Positions 43,834-57,026 of a DNA stretch of 64,000 nucleotides are shown piece after piece; positions within the stretch are counted from its first letter, which is position 1; every line of letters starts with the position of its first letter. The stretch lies in assembly GCA_000708835.1 (NCBI GenBank), contig DF237427.1:4654-68653 (forward strand). The letters are read 5' to 3'. The translations under genes and the position numbers were made by a program. The notes beneath the pieces were generated by a model, which saw nothing but the letters and a program-made list of their open reading frames with translations, was not told where the DNA came from and made no database searches. Origin of the DNA: Klebsormidium nitens. Lineage: Eukaryota; Plantae; Klebsormidiophyceae.

Positions 43834-46800
43834 GATTCCTGACCACCAATTTATCTAGCGGGAACTTCCCTGTGGTTAAAAGGTATATGATTGGAATGAG
43901 TTTATTTCCCCACCAACTACAGTGTGTTATGCATGGGAGGTCGCTCGTTAGCCAAGTCCGAGACAAACCCAAACGGTTGTTCAATCGAAGCGGTCAATAT
44001 CTTCTGTGTAAGGGCGGGAGCTCCTTGGTAATCAGTTCAAATTTGGAGATCTCAACTTGTAGAATTGATTGCAGAAGCGTTGTGGTCCTGTGATGGGCTA
44101 TGTACTTTGTACAAAGCCAATGGCAGGGGAGCTAGCAATCCTAGGTCCAACGCAATAAGAAGCGATGATGCTGGGATGAGTGCATTTGCCAGTTCACACT
44201 CAGGTGAGTCGTCTCTATGACACTTTCTGTAGGAAAGCAAGAGATTACGGGTGAAAAGCAATGCATAACCTTGATTTGTGGCGCGCTGACTATTCTCCAA
44301 ACATGGATAGCTTTGATTGCGACGGAACAGAGTTGGCGTACCAACAGACTTTTCACCCATCAGAAGCTATCCAGATCGCTTGCAGTAAAGGGTTACCTAT
44401 CATAAGCAGACGTGAACCTTTTAAAAAGACTGATGGGTTACCCTTGAGGAGGTATTGAGTGGTTGGTATCCATATAACATCAGGAAGGCAACAAAGACTC
44501 GAGTACGACAAGAATGTAGAAAGCTTCTGCATTGATATTTTTCATCTCAGAAGGGAAGACCATGAGATTGAAGCTGCACTCACCTCTGAAACTCTGTACC
44601 TTAACCTACGGAGGCCCAATGAAGGCACCAACTCCCTAGGCAGTTCCCAGGCGATTGCGAGCTCTGGCGAAAGCTACGGGGATCAATTGGTGCACCCTGT
44701 TACTAAGCCAAAACACAGCTGGAGGAAATATCCAGAGCTCAAAATTGCAGAAGGCCTGGGCTTCAATATTTGCGGCATACGATGCATAGTGTGCTGTTTT
44801 GGGCCCTTGTTCCAGAACTTGTTGGAATTTTGAGCAGCTGCTTGCGAACACAAGTGAAATTACCAGCTGCTTAGACCGTTCCACGACCTTTTCGCTCATG
44901 ATAGCTCAATTCTCTACGCAATGGAGAGCTGTGCATGTCAAAATCGGAAGCTGATTGCGCAGGACGCCAGCTGTGCTGTTGACAGCTTCTGCCTCTATTG
45001 CTTCATAAACACATGAACAGAGCTACCCAGAAATCACACTCCCAGTTGCTGGAAGGGGCCCCATCTCCCAAGAGCCCGGGGGCCGCCTCGGGAGGCTTCA
45101 GGGAGCTCCCTCGCGCCTTTGCCGGGTTTTGCCTTCGTCCTTCGTCCTTCATTCTTGGAGCTCCTTCCAGCTCCTCCTTGAATGCGCTAGCTTGCAAGCT
45201 AGAGCCTAGTGGCAGTCTAGTGCGTTCATAGAGAATGGTTGCAAACCCTAATTTCAAGGCCGCCCCGGGTGAGACGTATTACTGATTCTTACCCGGAAAA
45301 AAGGCCAAAAAAGTCCTCACGAAAAGGGAAACACACCTTAGGCTTGATGAGAAATGTTTAGAATCCGTTCCCTTCAATGTCAGGAAGGCTGTCGGGTAGC
45401 GCCACCCAGCTTGAGCCTACACAATGAAACTCGTGCATTGTGCTGGCTTCGCTTTAGAACTTAGAAGTTCAAGTTGTATTAGAACTCCTTTTGACCTGGA
45501 ACTGCAATTTGCAAATTCCGTGCAAGCGAGAAGTTGCCTGCGTATCGCTCACAACTTGGAATCAAGGAGCTGCCAAGGACGGTTTCTTTCAAATAGCTGG
45601 CTTCCCGTGGGCTTCTCAGTTGGCGCTGCGAGGCGCAGGGCATTCCGCTCTGGCTAGCGTCGCCCATTTCCTGATGGGCAAAGTGCAACCAGAATTGCAA
45701 TTGTCCTTTAGTTGGAGCTCAGCCCTATGCGAGTAGGAGGCATCCCCCCAAGGCGTGCAGGCCGGCAGGTGCTTCTTGCGTCCCTGGCTGAATGATTGCA
45801 GAAGGCTGGGTTGCCGCTGCCTACTGCAAGGCTTCTCCAGAGGAGCAGGAGTGGATATGGGCAAGAAAGACCAGCGTTGCGCCTGTTGTTGCAACTCAGA
45901 ATTCTGCTTCTCACCAGAGCTTTACACTGACGTCCCCTCCCAAGGACCCCCAAGATTGGGCCTCTAGCTTCAGACGGTTCTCCCCGCTGGACCTGAATAG
46001 GCCCTTGATGTTTAAGGTATTGCCGTCATCAGGCCTGGGGCGCCTTCCACTCCAAGCGTCAGTGGTAAGTCGGAAGAAGGGCACGCATCAGACACTTGCC
46101 AGCTGAGCTGGGTCTTATTTGAAACTTGCGCTTGGAAGCTTGGGTTCTGGGCCCGCTCGCCGCGCAAATTTCAATGCTTCCATTTAGCATGGCCAAGGAA
46201 GCTTGAGCAACTGACAACCTGCGCCGTGGGGTTCAAGGGCCCTTCCAGGTGAGTATCAGAGGTGAGTTCCAGGAAGCATTCATTTATTAAGACAGGAGGA
46301 GGTTGGAATTGCGCTTGTAATGCAGTTGCAAGTGACTGAAGGATAGGAGTCAGACTGGCGCGACTGGGATCGCTTGCAAAGGTCCTGGAACAAAGAGGAG
46401 GAAATTTCATGCTGACCAAGTCGAATATACTCTCAGAAGAACAAAGAAAATGCTTCGGAAGGACTTCGGAATTGCAATTCCTGTTGGACGCTGAACGGTT
46501 AGAACCAAAGAAAAGGGGCCTTCGTTTTAGACATCTCCTTGGAAGACCTGACCGCGTTGGTTGGAAGCTTTTCCAAGCGGTGCAATCCGAGGCAATCGAG
46601 GCGCGCTCTCTCAGCACAGAGCAAAGTGAGTGCCATCCTCGAAAAGCGCCTCTGGCTCCATGTATTGAAAGATGAGGCGCCTGGATCAAGAGTTGCAGAA
46701 GGATTTGATAGAAGAGCTTCATGTCAAAGAGGCATAAGGCCGCAGCACCTGAGTCAGCGCCCCCCGATCCACTCCTGGTAGCTGAAAAAGACTGCTTTTT

Positions 46801-49300
46801 TCCAGTACATGCTGACATTAAAGTTCGGCACTTCTGTGCTTGAATCCAGTATCTCATGGTCGATTTTACGTTGACTAAGGGGGTCGCTCTTAGGACAGAC
46901 TGAAGAAGGTCGTAGTGATCAACACAACAAGCTCGCTTTATTAAGATTGATTAGTCAAAGAGAGTTGTCATAGGGAAGTGTCTGATGTAGTTTGGCACTG
47001 AATATCCCTATAATTTGGCCATCATCCTTGTTTTCTGACGGTTCATCATGTTCTTTAGAGGAGTCACGACGTGCAACTGCACGAGAACAGATAGTGGCGT
47101 ACATGTTTGTCATCTATTGTTCCAGCACCCAAGATGGTGCGAAAAAGATATGTAGAGCGTTACGCGCATGCCTCCTAGGACTGAGGCATTTGCAAGATGA
47201 TCGAACAAAGCGCGGCCATTCTGGTCTTTGGTTCGTACTATAGGAGTCTGTTTGTTCGGGTTCAAATTGGGTAATTAAGCCAGCTTTAGACAATAAACTC
47301 TTAAAATATATGCCGCCCTTGACACAACGCAACTTCACGTTGAAGTTTTTCCTCGAACCCAGGCCTGAAAAAAATCCCCAAAACGGGGCTCTGGATTCGC
47401 CAATTCAAGTTGAAGCAGTGATTTCAATGATAGCCTGCAATTCCTGTTACTAGTTGCTTGCATCCTTTTATACAAATCTTGAAACATTCATTAGGGATAA
47501 AACAGGCCGGTGTCTCTTAATTGAAATGGGCCGTCCTCGTTGGCATGGTCGCTCGAGTGTTTTAGGGCGGGAGTGCGAAGGTGGATGGAATATAATTGTG
47601 TGCCGGCCGTCTAGCTCCGGCCGCGCGCTTAAGAATACCAGAGTGCCCATGTGCATAAGATTAACTGACCCGTTTTGAATTGAGTGGGGTCGAGCCAAAC
47701 GATGAGTACTTTAGCAGAACGCTGACATAATAAGGTAGCTAGATTCAATTGAGTGCGTTGAAGCGCCGCGTGCTCGGCCGACATGAGCACAAGCTTTTCC
47801 GTTTGCTATCATAGATTGTGGACTAACTCCATCGGGCTTATTAGCCTTGGGGTAATTGAATGATTTAAATAGTTGACCGGCCCGGCCCGGGCAACATCTC
47901 TTTCTAGTACTGAGAACGGGCATGGCAGGATCGGCATGCAGATTTAATCATTCTAGCCATGATGAGCAAAAATGGTCGACCGTATCAATGGATCTAGTCC
48001 GGTCGTGGAAGTCTACTTCAATTCCTTGACCGGACCGCGCCAGGCTATAATTTTAGCCTTCAACTGAAGCGCATCATTCACTTGCATATCCATCTCATCA
48101 TCGGATTCACTGAGTCATATTCTCATATTCTGCATGTGGTCGATCAGTACACCTAGTGCATATGCCTACGTATCGGCCGCTAAGTTGATGCAAATGTTAC
48201 AAATCGTACCTAATCATACAGTGACACACATTGAAGCGTGCTATTTTTTCAACTAGCTAATTCAATAACCTATGGGCCGCCCGGATTTAGTCCAAAACGT
48301 GACCGCGCTGCGTAGGAGACGCGCGTCTTCTACGTACTGCGTATCCGCGACCGTGGAACTGTCTCTTAAGCTTTCGACTGGTCACGAGTTAATAGCTTAA
48401 TCACCTGGATAGGCCATTATTGTAAAGTTAATTCAGGATTGGCGTGCAATATATACTTACCAGTACTACCTACGGTAGGTTTGATCCAATTGAACTGAAC
48501 TTGTGCGGCGGTCTTACATTCGATATACAACATTTTGGCGGCCACACCTATGATGCTAGTACGTGTACAAGACTCTGCACTAGCATCGCGCCAAACTAGG
48601 TATGTATGGATGTCGATCGGAATCTCGGAATGAATGGAGTTTAGTCTTGTCACTTCGGAGGCCGGGTCAGGTTGACTCCAAACGCGCACGATTTACAGCC
48701 TCCACTGTCGCGGACGTATATAGATGCTGGTCAATTAGAGCTATTCGGATGCGCCAAAGATCACGCTTCGTGATTACTTCTACTAATAATGTGTGGCAAT
48801 AAGGGTGTTCATAGATAGATGAAAGATATCACGGTCGACTTTTCTCATATTCTCATACGTATCTTGTTCCTTATTTCCGCAGGTCGCCTCGTGGATGGTG
48901 TATACGTCTGAATATAAGGCCGGAGACGGGAGACGAAGTTGAATGGAACAGTAATGGATACCCAAACTTCTCCAGTCTGAGTGGGGGGACTGTGTTCTGA
49001 GCGAAGTCATCGAAACGTTCATTTCAATCAATTCTGAGGTTGCACCTCGATGAGCTTTACGCCAAAAGCAATGTCACTTATTTGTCTTGCTGCGCAGCTG
49101 AATTGTCTCAATCTTATTATATAGCCTGTACTATGTCACACATGCAGAAAACAACCTGTTCATGTCTAACTTTACCACACGGTCAGAGGACTGATCTGAA
49201 AAACAGTCCCAGAAACTCTCAAATCCTTTTGGCACCTGTCAATGCATTTATGATTGTCGGCCGGAACCTGATTTTATGCTCAACTCGAATGTACAAGTAT

Positions 49301-52300
49301 CTAGTCAAGGCCGAGCCTCTTGAAGAGGTGCTCAAAGATGCCCTGTCCAGAGACCAACTCTTGGGCGACGAACCCAGCAATGGCGATCATAGCCAACCGG
49401 CCGTTGTTCAGCTCCTTGCTCTGCATGTCCTTCTTGGCCGCGGGGTCGGTGGGCAGGAGGCCGAGGGGGTCTGCGGAATTTGGAACAAGGGCTTGTCAGT
49501 CTCCGTCAAAGTGAAACCAAAGCGAAATTTATCGTCACATCGCCATGCCTATTCAAACCGACAGAGATAGTTTGTTGATGTGAAAGAAGCTCACTTTATC
49601 TGAAGGTCAATGGCAATTTGGACCAGTCAAGTCGACTTCCAAAATATGAAACTGGGCACCAGAGTTGAGGTCCGGGACGGTGTGCGAAAGCGACGAGAGA
49701 TAGACCCGTAATGTCCGTTCCTTCCATCACCCAATATGTATGTTCAGGTTCGAACCTTGAAAAGAAAGCAGGGTATGCAAGTCGGTCGATAAGATCACGT
49801 TGTAGCCGGTGTTAGACCAAATCAGGCAAGGTAGCGGAATCGAACATGCCAGCTTACTAGTTTCGAATTTAAAAGGTGGGGCCCACAATTATGTCCATAC
49901 CCCCAGGGGATGCAAACAACTCGAGGAGTTAACCCAGATTGCGTAGCTTGTAAAACCTCAGGGTCGTTAGAATCTGGACTGAGATACATTGCACTATGCC
50001 TCCCTCCAAAGTTCGTCGATTCATGAAAACGTACCACCTACCCTTTCGTCCATTCTGATTCTAAAAGTTTCTCCGTTTCGAATATGAGAAGTGGACAAAT
50101 CCACCATACTCACCGAAGCCCAGGTTGCCGGGCTCATAATCCTCGCGGAGGGTGTTGAAGTTGGTGGAGTCGGGGGTGGCCCAGCCAAGGCCCACACGGT
50201 AAGACTCAGCAAGCGCAATGGCGAAGATCAGGGGCTCCCAGAAGATGGCGCCTTCGTTCTCGACCTGCTGGAAGTGGTAGATGGCGGGGCCTGCAAAAAC
50301 GAGACTTTCAACCAGAGTTAGAATACTTGCACCGGAGGTTCCGATTTTCTCAAGATGAAATCTGGATTTTGATTGGGTAAAGCCAGGAGAATATATGCAG
50401 TTGACCCTTGGCTAAAAATGATGGATAGAATTGCAGCATGTGTGCGATGCTTTTTAGTTGACACCTCTGATATTAGGAATCTCAAGAATACCAAGGTCTT
50501 GAGGGGACCTGAGATCCACACAACCTGATCAATGTTCTGTATTCTGTTCAAAGAGTATTGAGTCTCTCGATTATGACTTCCTCAACAATGAAAAACGACA
50601 GAAGATTCGCACGAAACAGAATCAGTGTGCTCCAAAGCCGCAAAGCCCAAGACCATATCTGGAATCCCTAGAAGCAGAAACCCAAACATTGGTTTGTTGA
50701 AGAGCACCTTTGAAAAAGGGACCAAAACCAGAACCTTTTTGACCACTCACCAGTAACGTGGGGGAAGAAGCGGGCGGGGAAGTCCTCGACCTGCTCGCCG
50801 ACAATGAAGCCAAGGGTGGCAAGCATGGCAACGCGGCCGTGGACAATCTCAGACTCGCGCCACCTCTTGAGCTCCTTGACTGCAGAGTATTGCAGACTTT
50901 GGTTTAGTATGTGGGTTAGGGTTCGGCCAGGAAGAGCTACTGGCAGAAGTGGCACTTGATGAATTGCAATCCAGAGGGTAGATCTCTGCGACGAACGACT
51001 GGCCCAGAGTAAATTGTGAGGTCAGTTTCATGGCATAGGTTTGGTTATTTACTGCAGGTCGGGGGTACTCCGGCTCAATACAGTGTTCAGTTGCTCTGAA
51101 CACTGCCGGATGACCAAGTTGGTTGGAAAAATCTTTGGGGCAGTAGTGAGGAGTTGTCTTCCTATGTGCAGGGAAGTTTTCCTGAGCATAATCTCCTCGC
51201 GCTATTGAATTGAATCAGCTTGGAATAACCTGCGCAAGTGTTACTGCTCTTCTTTCTTGATGACGATCATACTGTGTAAATTTTGGGGTATCCAAATCTG
51301 TCTTAACTAATACGCTCTTCTGTCTCAACCTCGTATTGTATAAAGCTTGGGACATCCTCAATCTGCATTCCCTAGGTTTGCTTGCCTTAAGCTCTTGCAA
51401 CCGGTTAATCACAAAGGCTTGGCAACTCCTCATATCGAGTCTACAACCAGGTTGTACTGCAGGTATCGACCAGCACTATCTAAGATATAATGTACTTTGT
51501 CTTGACCACATTGGCAGACAGCCAGTCAAAGAACCGACCAGCGAACTTAAGCCTCTGAGCACGAGACCCCGTATTTTCATCCCATGCTTGAAGCAAGCCT
51601 CAAAAAGCCTGTACATCTGAAGACTAGACCGAGGGCGATCCAGGAATGCAAGCATAAGAAGAAGAGGAACCACTTACTGGGGCGGGCGCTGGAGGCAGCG
51701 CGGGCGAGGAGGGTGGCAGGGTCCTGAAAGAGAATAAGTGACCACAATAAGAAACCGAATGTGGACCGATTGCAATGCAGGGTTGTGTGAGTTACTTATG
51801 AGGATGAAAACCCTCACTAAGGTGCCAATGCAAAGCTTTACAACAGAACATGGCTGCAGCATATGGCTCCACCACAGGGAGAGGAAATCAGATCCTTGAT
51901 CAATGAGCGCTGCAGAGATGCTCCACAAAGAAAGCGCAGAGGGACAAGAGCATACTAACTATGCTTTCATCTGGGGAGTGCTCTCGAAATTCGTAGCAAA
52001 CAAGAAACATCCAGGAGGAATGCAGATTATCTGAGGACTCGACAACCACGTGGTCTCAAGAGTGAAGGTGGGACTTACAAAGATGTTGGGGAAGGGCAGG
52101 GTCACACCGGGCAGATCCTTGGCACTGGAAGAAAGAAAGAGACTTGTTCAGCTCAGTGCATTCATTTCAGGTGAACGAGATGCGGATGTCCATGTCTTAG
52201 CAGCACGTGACTGTGCTTTTGAAAAGTGGAAAGTGTCTTAAGACAATCTGAGAGTGAGGCAAACAAGCTTTGTCTGTGAGCGCCGTTCTTCATCCTGGAA

Positions 52301-52970
52301 AACAGATCTCTTCATGAGACCCTAACTTGTGTCAGCTGCTGCTAAGTTCCAAGGATTCAAATCTCCCCACTGAAAGGCATCATTTCATTCCAGTGATGGC
52401 CGACAACTCAGGTGACTTTATTCTTACACACAACTGTCCGAAATACATTGAGCATCTGAGCTGCAGGCCTGGAGTGAGTGTCTGTCTACCTACATTTTCA
52501 CCTAAGGATGTCCCAGGATCACTTGATTCTGCAACTTATGTGCTATTCACTGATCCAACTCGCCCTGACCGCACATATCAGCCAAATCAGTCACAGAATG
52601 CATAGCGCAGCACCAGGGACACCTTATAAAAAGAGAGGACTGAACAAGCAAATCTGCTCACTACAGCTTCAGATCTAGATCTCGAAGGTCCAGATACTGA
52701 CAGTAAGACACATTGCCGCAGTTTAGGGAAACAAAGTTACATTGCTGCACTCAAGACCAGGCATTCGGAGGTATCATTTGTGCTTGGAAGATAAAAAACT
52801 CACTACTTCAGCACATCAGGGGGCGTGACCGTGGCATCGGGGGCCGCCGGGTCATCAGCAACCGCGCGGATGGGAGCGAAGGTCCTGCTGGAGGGAGCAG
52901 CAGTCCTGGAGGCCGTGAAGAGAGAGGCGCCAGAGAGGCGGGCCACAGAGGCGAGGGCGGAGGAAGCCAT
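49301..52970 (-). CDS. LHCSR: Stress-related light-harvesting complex protein LHCSR (LI818 family), 244 aa
   Basis: Exons 52804-52970, 52079-52124, 51678-51723, 50751-50879, 50114-50290, 49301-49470, all phase-compatible. Ser/Ala-rich transit peptide. Motifs [73 protein letters not shown]. Confidence 0.97.
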
Positions 52971-53137
52971 GGCTGCTAATGCTTGCGAGGTTGCTTCCAG
53001 TTACAATGCAATGCAAGGTTTCAGATTGTGACTGACTTTGTCTGCTCAACTTGAGATCTGATCTAAGTTTCGACAAGACAAAGCTGAACCTTGGCTTATC
53101 TTCCAGATCTAGCTAGATTCAGAGCAAGTTGCTGATA

Positions 53138-53205
53138 TTTGGTACGTACCAGGCGGACAAGTTGTGGGGGATCACTGGAGAGACTCCGGCCTGGTACGTA
53201 CCAAA
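53138..53205. promoter_or_regulatory. Perfect 17-bp inverted repeat with 4 GTAC cores upstream of LHCSR
   Basis: tttggtacgtaccaggc (53138-53154) and gcctggtacgtaccaaa (53189-53205). Each arm holds the palindrome ggtacgtacc. Confidence 0.45.
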
Positions 53206-55460
53206 AGCAGTTGACTGAGCTAGGGCAGTAAAGATGCTAGGCTGTGGATCTGTGGAAACGGAGGGCTGAGCACAAGCCGGAACATCGCACCTGACGCCCT
53301 GACGGTTGGCCGCCACTTTTTGGAATGTTTCTCTTCAGAAGACGGACCTTTTTGCACCTCCCCGTGGGTCCCCAACCAATGCATGCGCCTAATTTCAGCC
53401 AAACTGCTTTCTACAGGCGACGCGTGTCCTTGATTCAAGAACAGGGCCCTCCGTGAGCCACGATGCTGGCTTTCAGCCGTCCGATGAGGTTCAGATTTCT
53501 CCTCTTGTCCTGGAACTGAATATTATCGGGGGCAAGTTGACCAATCAAACTGCTTTGTTCACTTTATGTCGACGTGGTCTCTTCCACGGCTGCCATCTAG
53601 GATTCAAGAGATCAGCAACCATCTGATTTGGCGGAATCCCTTCTCCGATCCGCGTGCCGCTGTGCAGCCAGGGTGGCAGTTCCGCCGGAATCCGCAATGT
53701 GGTTGCTCCTGACTTTCACAGTGACACGCACGTTCACTTCGTAAATTGTAAGCAAGACTGTAGCCTTTTGATCAGCTGTGGTTTTACAACCGTCTTCTTT
53801 GAGCTTCTTTGACCTTTCTCCAGCGCTGAGCTTTTATCAAATGTATCTTGGTAATCCACTGAGAATGTTGTATGAAACCACGAGTCTGTTCTGGGGCCAC
53901 CATGTGACAATGGTGAACAAGAAAGATGCAGCTTTTCAATGCTGTGCGTACAAGCAGACACATGCAAGCTGCATTCGGCCAACTTCACTTCTCTCTGAGG
54001 CCAACTCCTGAGACTCCCGGCTTTATCGTAGGCCACACAGCTGCAACACCAATCGTCTTGTGGCGCAGTGCCAGAAAACGTGGAGCCAGACGGTGAGCGC
54101 CTATGGATCGATGGACAGGAGGGGGTAAAGCAATGCTCTAATAAGCTCTTTCCAAGCATTCAAGGCTGGTTTTCATTTAAAGAGCTTGCTGTCGGTCAAT
54201 CTGGAAGCCTGAATTCTCGGTCAATCTGAAAGCTTTAATTCCTTCGAAGATTGACTGCACAGGGTTTTCAGTTTCTGAAGTGCACTGGTTCTCCTTGATC
54301 AGCATTGATCGGCTCAAAGCCAAACAGGTTCAGCGGCCCCTTGTGCGGCCCTCAGAAGAGCTCATCGTGGGAATTGGAAGAAAACTTTCTCTGAATCTCA
54401 GCCAGCTTATGCCCGTTTTAGAGGAAGAAGTCATCCAGCTTCTGAACCTTTCTTCAATGATGAGCGAGCGGGCACTTGCACATGTGCTATCAGACTTCTG
54501 CTTGTGCCAGACTGAAAAGCTCCATAACTTATGCTGGTGCTGGAAGTGGAAAGCTTCATTGCACCTGGTTACCTATACAGGAGGGTCCTAAATTGGACAT
54601 GTAGACTGAGGACGAGTTCGATCGATTCTTGCATTGGAAGGGACTAAGGGATACCTTCACTCGAAGCCGCTTCTGTATACACCAGATTGCGATGAAGCGC
54701 AGCCAGCAAAGACAAGATGGCCTGGCTCAACCATTCAGCGATCGTTTCAATTGGTTGAACAGTAGCTGCCCTTCACAAAGTCCCCAAGAGCCAACGCCCC
54801 ATCATTTCAAAGGATTTGACCCTTTGAGATGGTTCTCTTACCAGGCACTTGCAGTTGTCATTCAATATTCCATCAGTTGGAGACTTGAACGGGTTTTATC
54901 AACTTGAAAGTCCAAGATGCATGCTCTTTCTCACCTCTTACTTCAAATTCCCTGCAGGCTGTCAACCGTAAGTCCTCTGCAAGCTTCGCAAGGCAGTGCG
55001 GTAACCCCGACAGTAAGGCCCAGAGTTTCCATTCTCTTGCGCTCAATAATAAAGCGATCAGTCCCAGTTTTGTGCTTTTGCATACGGGCGTCTGTTGTTA
55101 GTGAAATCGTTGAACCCCTCGCTGATGACTATTTGTAATCGAACCACTGGGGCACAAACTCAGTTGGTGCAGAACGGTTTGTCTCAATGAGTTGTAATTG
55201 ACACAAATGCCGCACTGTCCTTGGCAGGACTGGTCTCTAGACTAGTTGTAAAAGCTCAATTATATATAGCATTCAGGCGGGTGTGGCTAGTGAGGGGGTT
55301 TCGCGTGGGCAGTGGTCTGGAGCAGGTAGGTGTTCGAATTTTTGTTTTGGGTGTTCGATGCAGTCTGGTTTGCGATTAGGCTTCCTTTGATTGATGCTTA
55401 CTATATGACTGATCAGTGAAGATAATTCAATCTAGTAAGTTTTTGCAGGGAGCACGAGCC

Positions 55461-57026
55461 ATGGATTCCGAGACTGCGGATCTTCGGGCGTACATCCAGA
55501 ACGGAATCAGCAACGTGTGGTACACAAGCAGCGAGGATGCCATCATTCCCGGTGGAATGTTCATCCGCGCCTCAGGAAACCCTCTCAAGATGGAGGTGGG
55601 AACTCTTAAGAAGAGCGAAAATGTCTTGCTGGTTGGGGAATGCTTGAGGCCCAGTCGCAATTCCTTTTAGATCGTCGTACCTCCTTGAGTGTTCATTCTC
55701 ATTTTATTCACAACCTCTTACTTTTGTAGTCCCCCAGCCCCGTGCTGATGTAGTTTCAACCTCTCACTGACTGCTAAGACTGTTGCCTAAGTCAAGGCTG
55801 TGATCTCGCGCCGGCTGACCGTGCATCCTCACACCTGGATTCTGAACCGAAAGCCTCCCTAGCACCGTGCACTTTCTGAAACGCTCAGAGAGACTAAGCT
55901 TTCTAAGGGTAATACTGATGTACAAAAGGCTACAGTGTCCACTTCTTCAAATTGCCAGGTGTCAAGATTTCGCTCGATCTGGAATAACAGGGACGAGTTG
56001 GATCTCGTACATTCAACCATTGCAGCTCTTTTTGGTAGTCACTCCAAGCCCAGTTCACATGAGTCCAAGTTCGAGGCAGAGGCATGCTTGCCGATCAGAC
56101 CAAGCAACCAATCACAAAACTTGTCCCTACCCTATATTCACCAGAGTGACTTGGAACACCAAACCACTGGCCATGAGCGAACTTGCACGGACCGGCTACT
56201 TTCTTACCTCCTATGAATCGGTCCGTGATTCTCAGCTCTTCGAAATACAGGGGCTGGCAGCGTTCGTCGAAGAAAACGACGAGCTCTTCGAAGAGAAAGT
56301 CCTGGACATTGAGAAGTTAGAGGTAGGTCCGTATCTGATCGAAGTTCTCGAAGCTAGCAAGCCGAGGGGATCAGTCAGAATGCTCCAGTCGAAAGCCACT
56401 CGTGATCTGGAGTTCACCTGAACAGTGTCACTGCCCGGATGCAAAACGAGTCAGACAAGCGTGTGAAGGAGTTAGGCCTTCGATTCAGGTAAAGTAAGCT
56501 TCAAGTAAAGTAAGCCAAGCAACCTGGGACGGGTGGGGCTACTTTGGGGGTTAGGGTGGGTTCGGGTGCGGAGCGGGTCATTTTGAGGGTTAGGTTTTCA
56601 GTGTTAGGCTGGGAGCTTACTCTACTTAAAATGAAGAGACATTAGAAGGAGGACCACCGCTTCTAGAAAAGAAGCCTCGAGGAAGTAATTTCTCGGAAAT
56701 AACAGGACTGAAATAGTAGTTGCGCTTAAGTTGACGACTTGCTTGTTTGCCACTTTGATGAACTGCAGGCAATCTTCTTCAGTGTGGAAGCGGTTCTCGT
56801 GTTCTAACAAATGCAAAGTGTTGGAACTCCCTGAAGCTCCGTGTTCTTGGTGCAGATCCGGGGTGACGTGGCATGGACGGTATTGAAGATGTACCAGGAC
56901 TTTTCGTATCGTGGCACTCGTCACAAGGACACATTCAGGTACACCGTGATCCTTGAGAGAAAGCCACTTGAGAGATGGAGGGTTGCTCACATGCATCGAA
57001 GCTCACCTTTAAAGGAGGCGCCTTGA
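55461..57026 (+). CDS. DUF3804-like NTF2/SnoaL-fold protein, 125 aa, 3 exons
   Basis: Exons 55461-55595, 56251-56322, 56856-57026, all phase 0. Spliced product contains MFIRASGNPL, DIEKLEIRGDVAW, FSYRGT and WRVAHMHRS. This matches, from memory, the DUF3804 pattern FIRPSGNP...KLE...FSYKG...W.IAWMQRS. No database search was run. Confidence 0.8.
56503..56627. mobile_element. MITE-like element in DUF3804 intron 2, sharing the G-rich core of 38389-38581
   Basis: TIR-like aagtaaagtaagc / gcttactctactt (1 mismatch in 13). Core gggacgggtgggg...ggttagggtgggttcgggtgcggagcgggt. Confidence 0.6.

Noticed and set aside
43900-47500. Short ORFs (e.g. 44459..44833, 45003..45257, 46409..46675) as genes
   Set aside because: No recognisable domains and no consistent exon chain. 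45030-45200 might be an upstream exon of the coiled-coil gene, but this cannot be supported.
55867-56421. 184-aa ORF as a stand-alone gene
   Set aside because: Only 56251-56322 fits the DUF3804-like spliced product, and the rest is intron read-through
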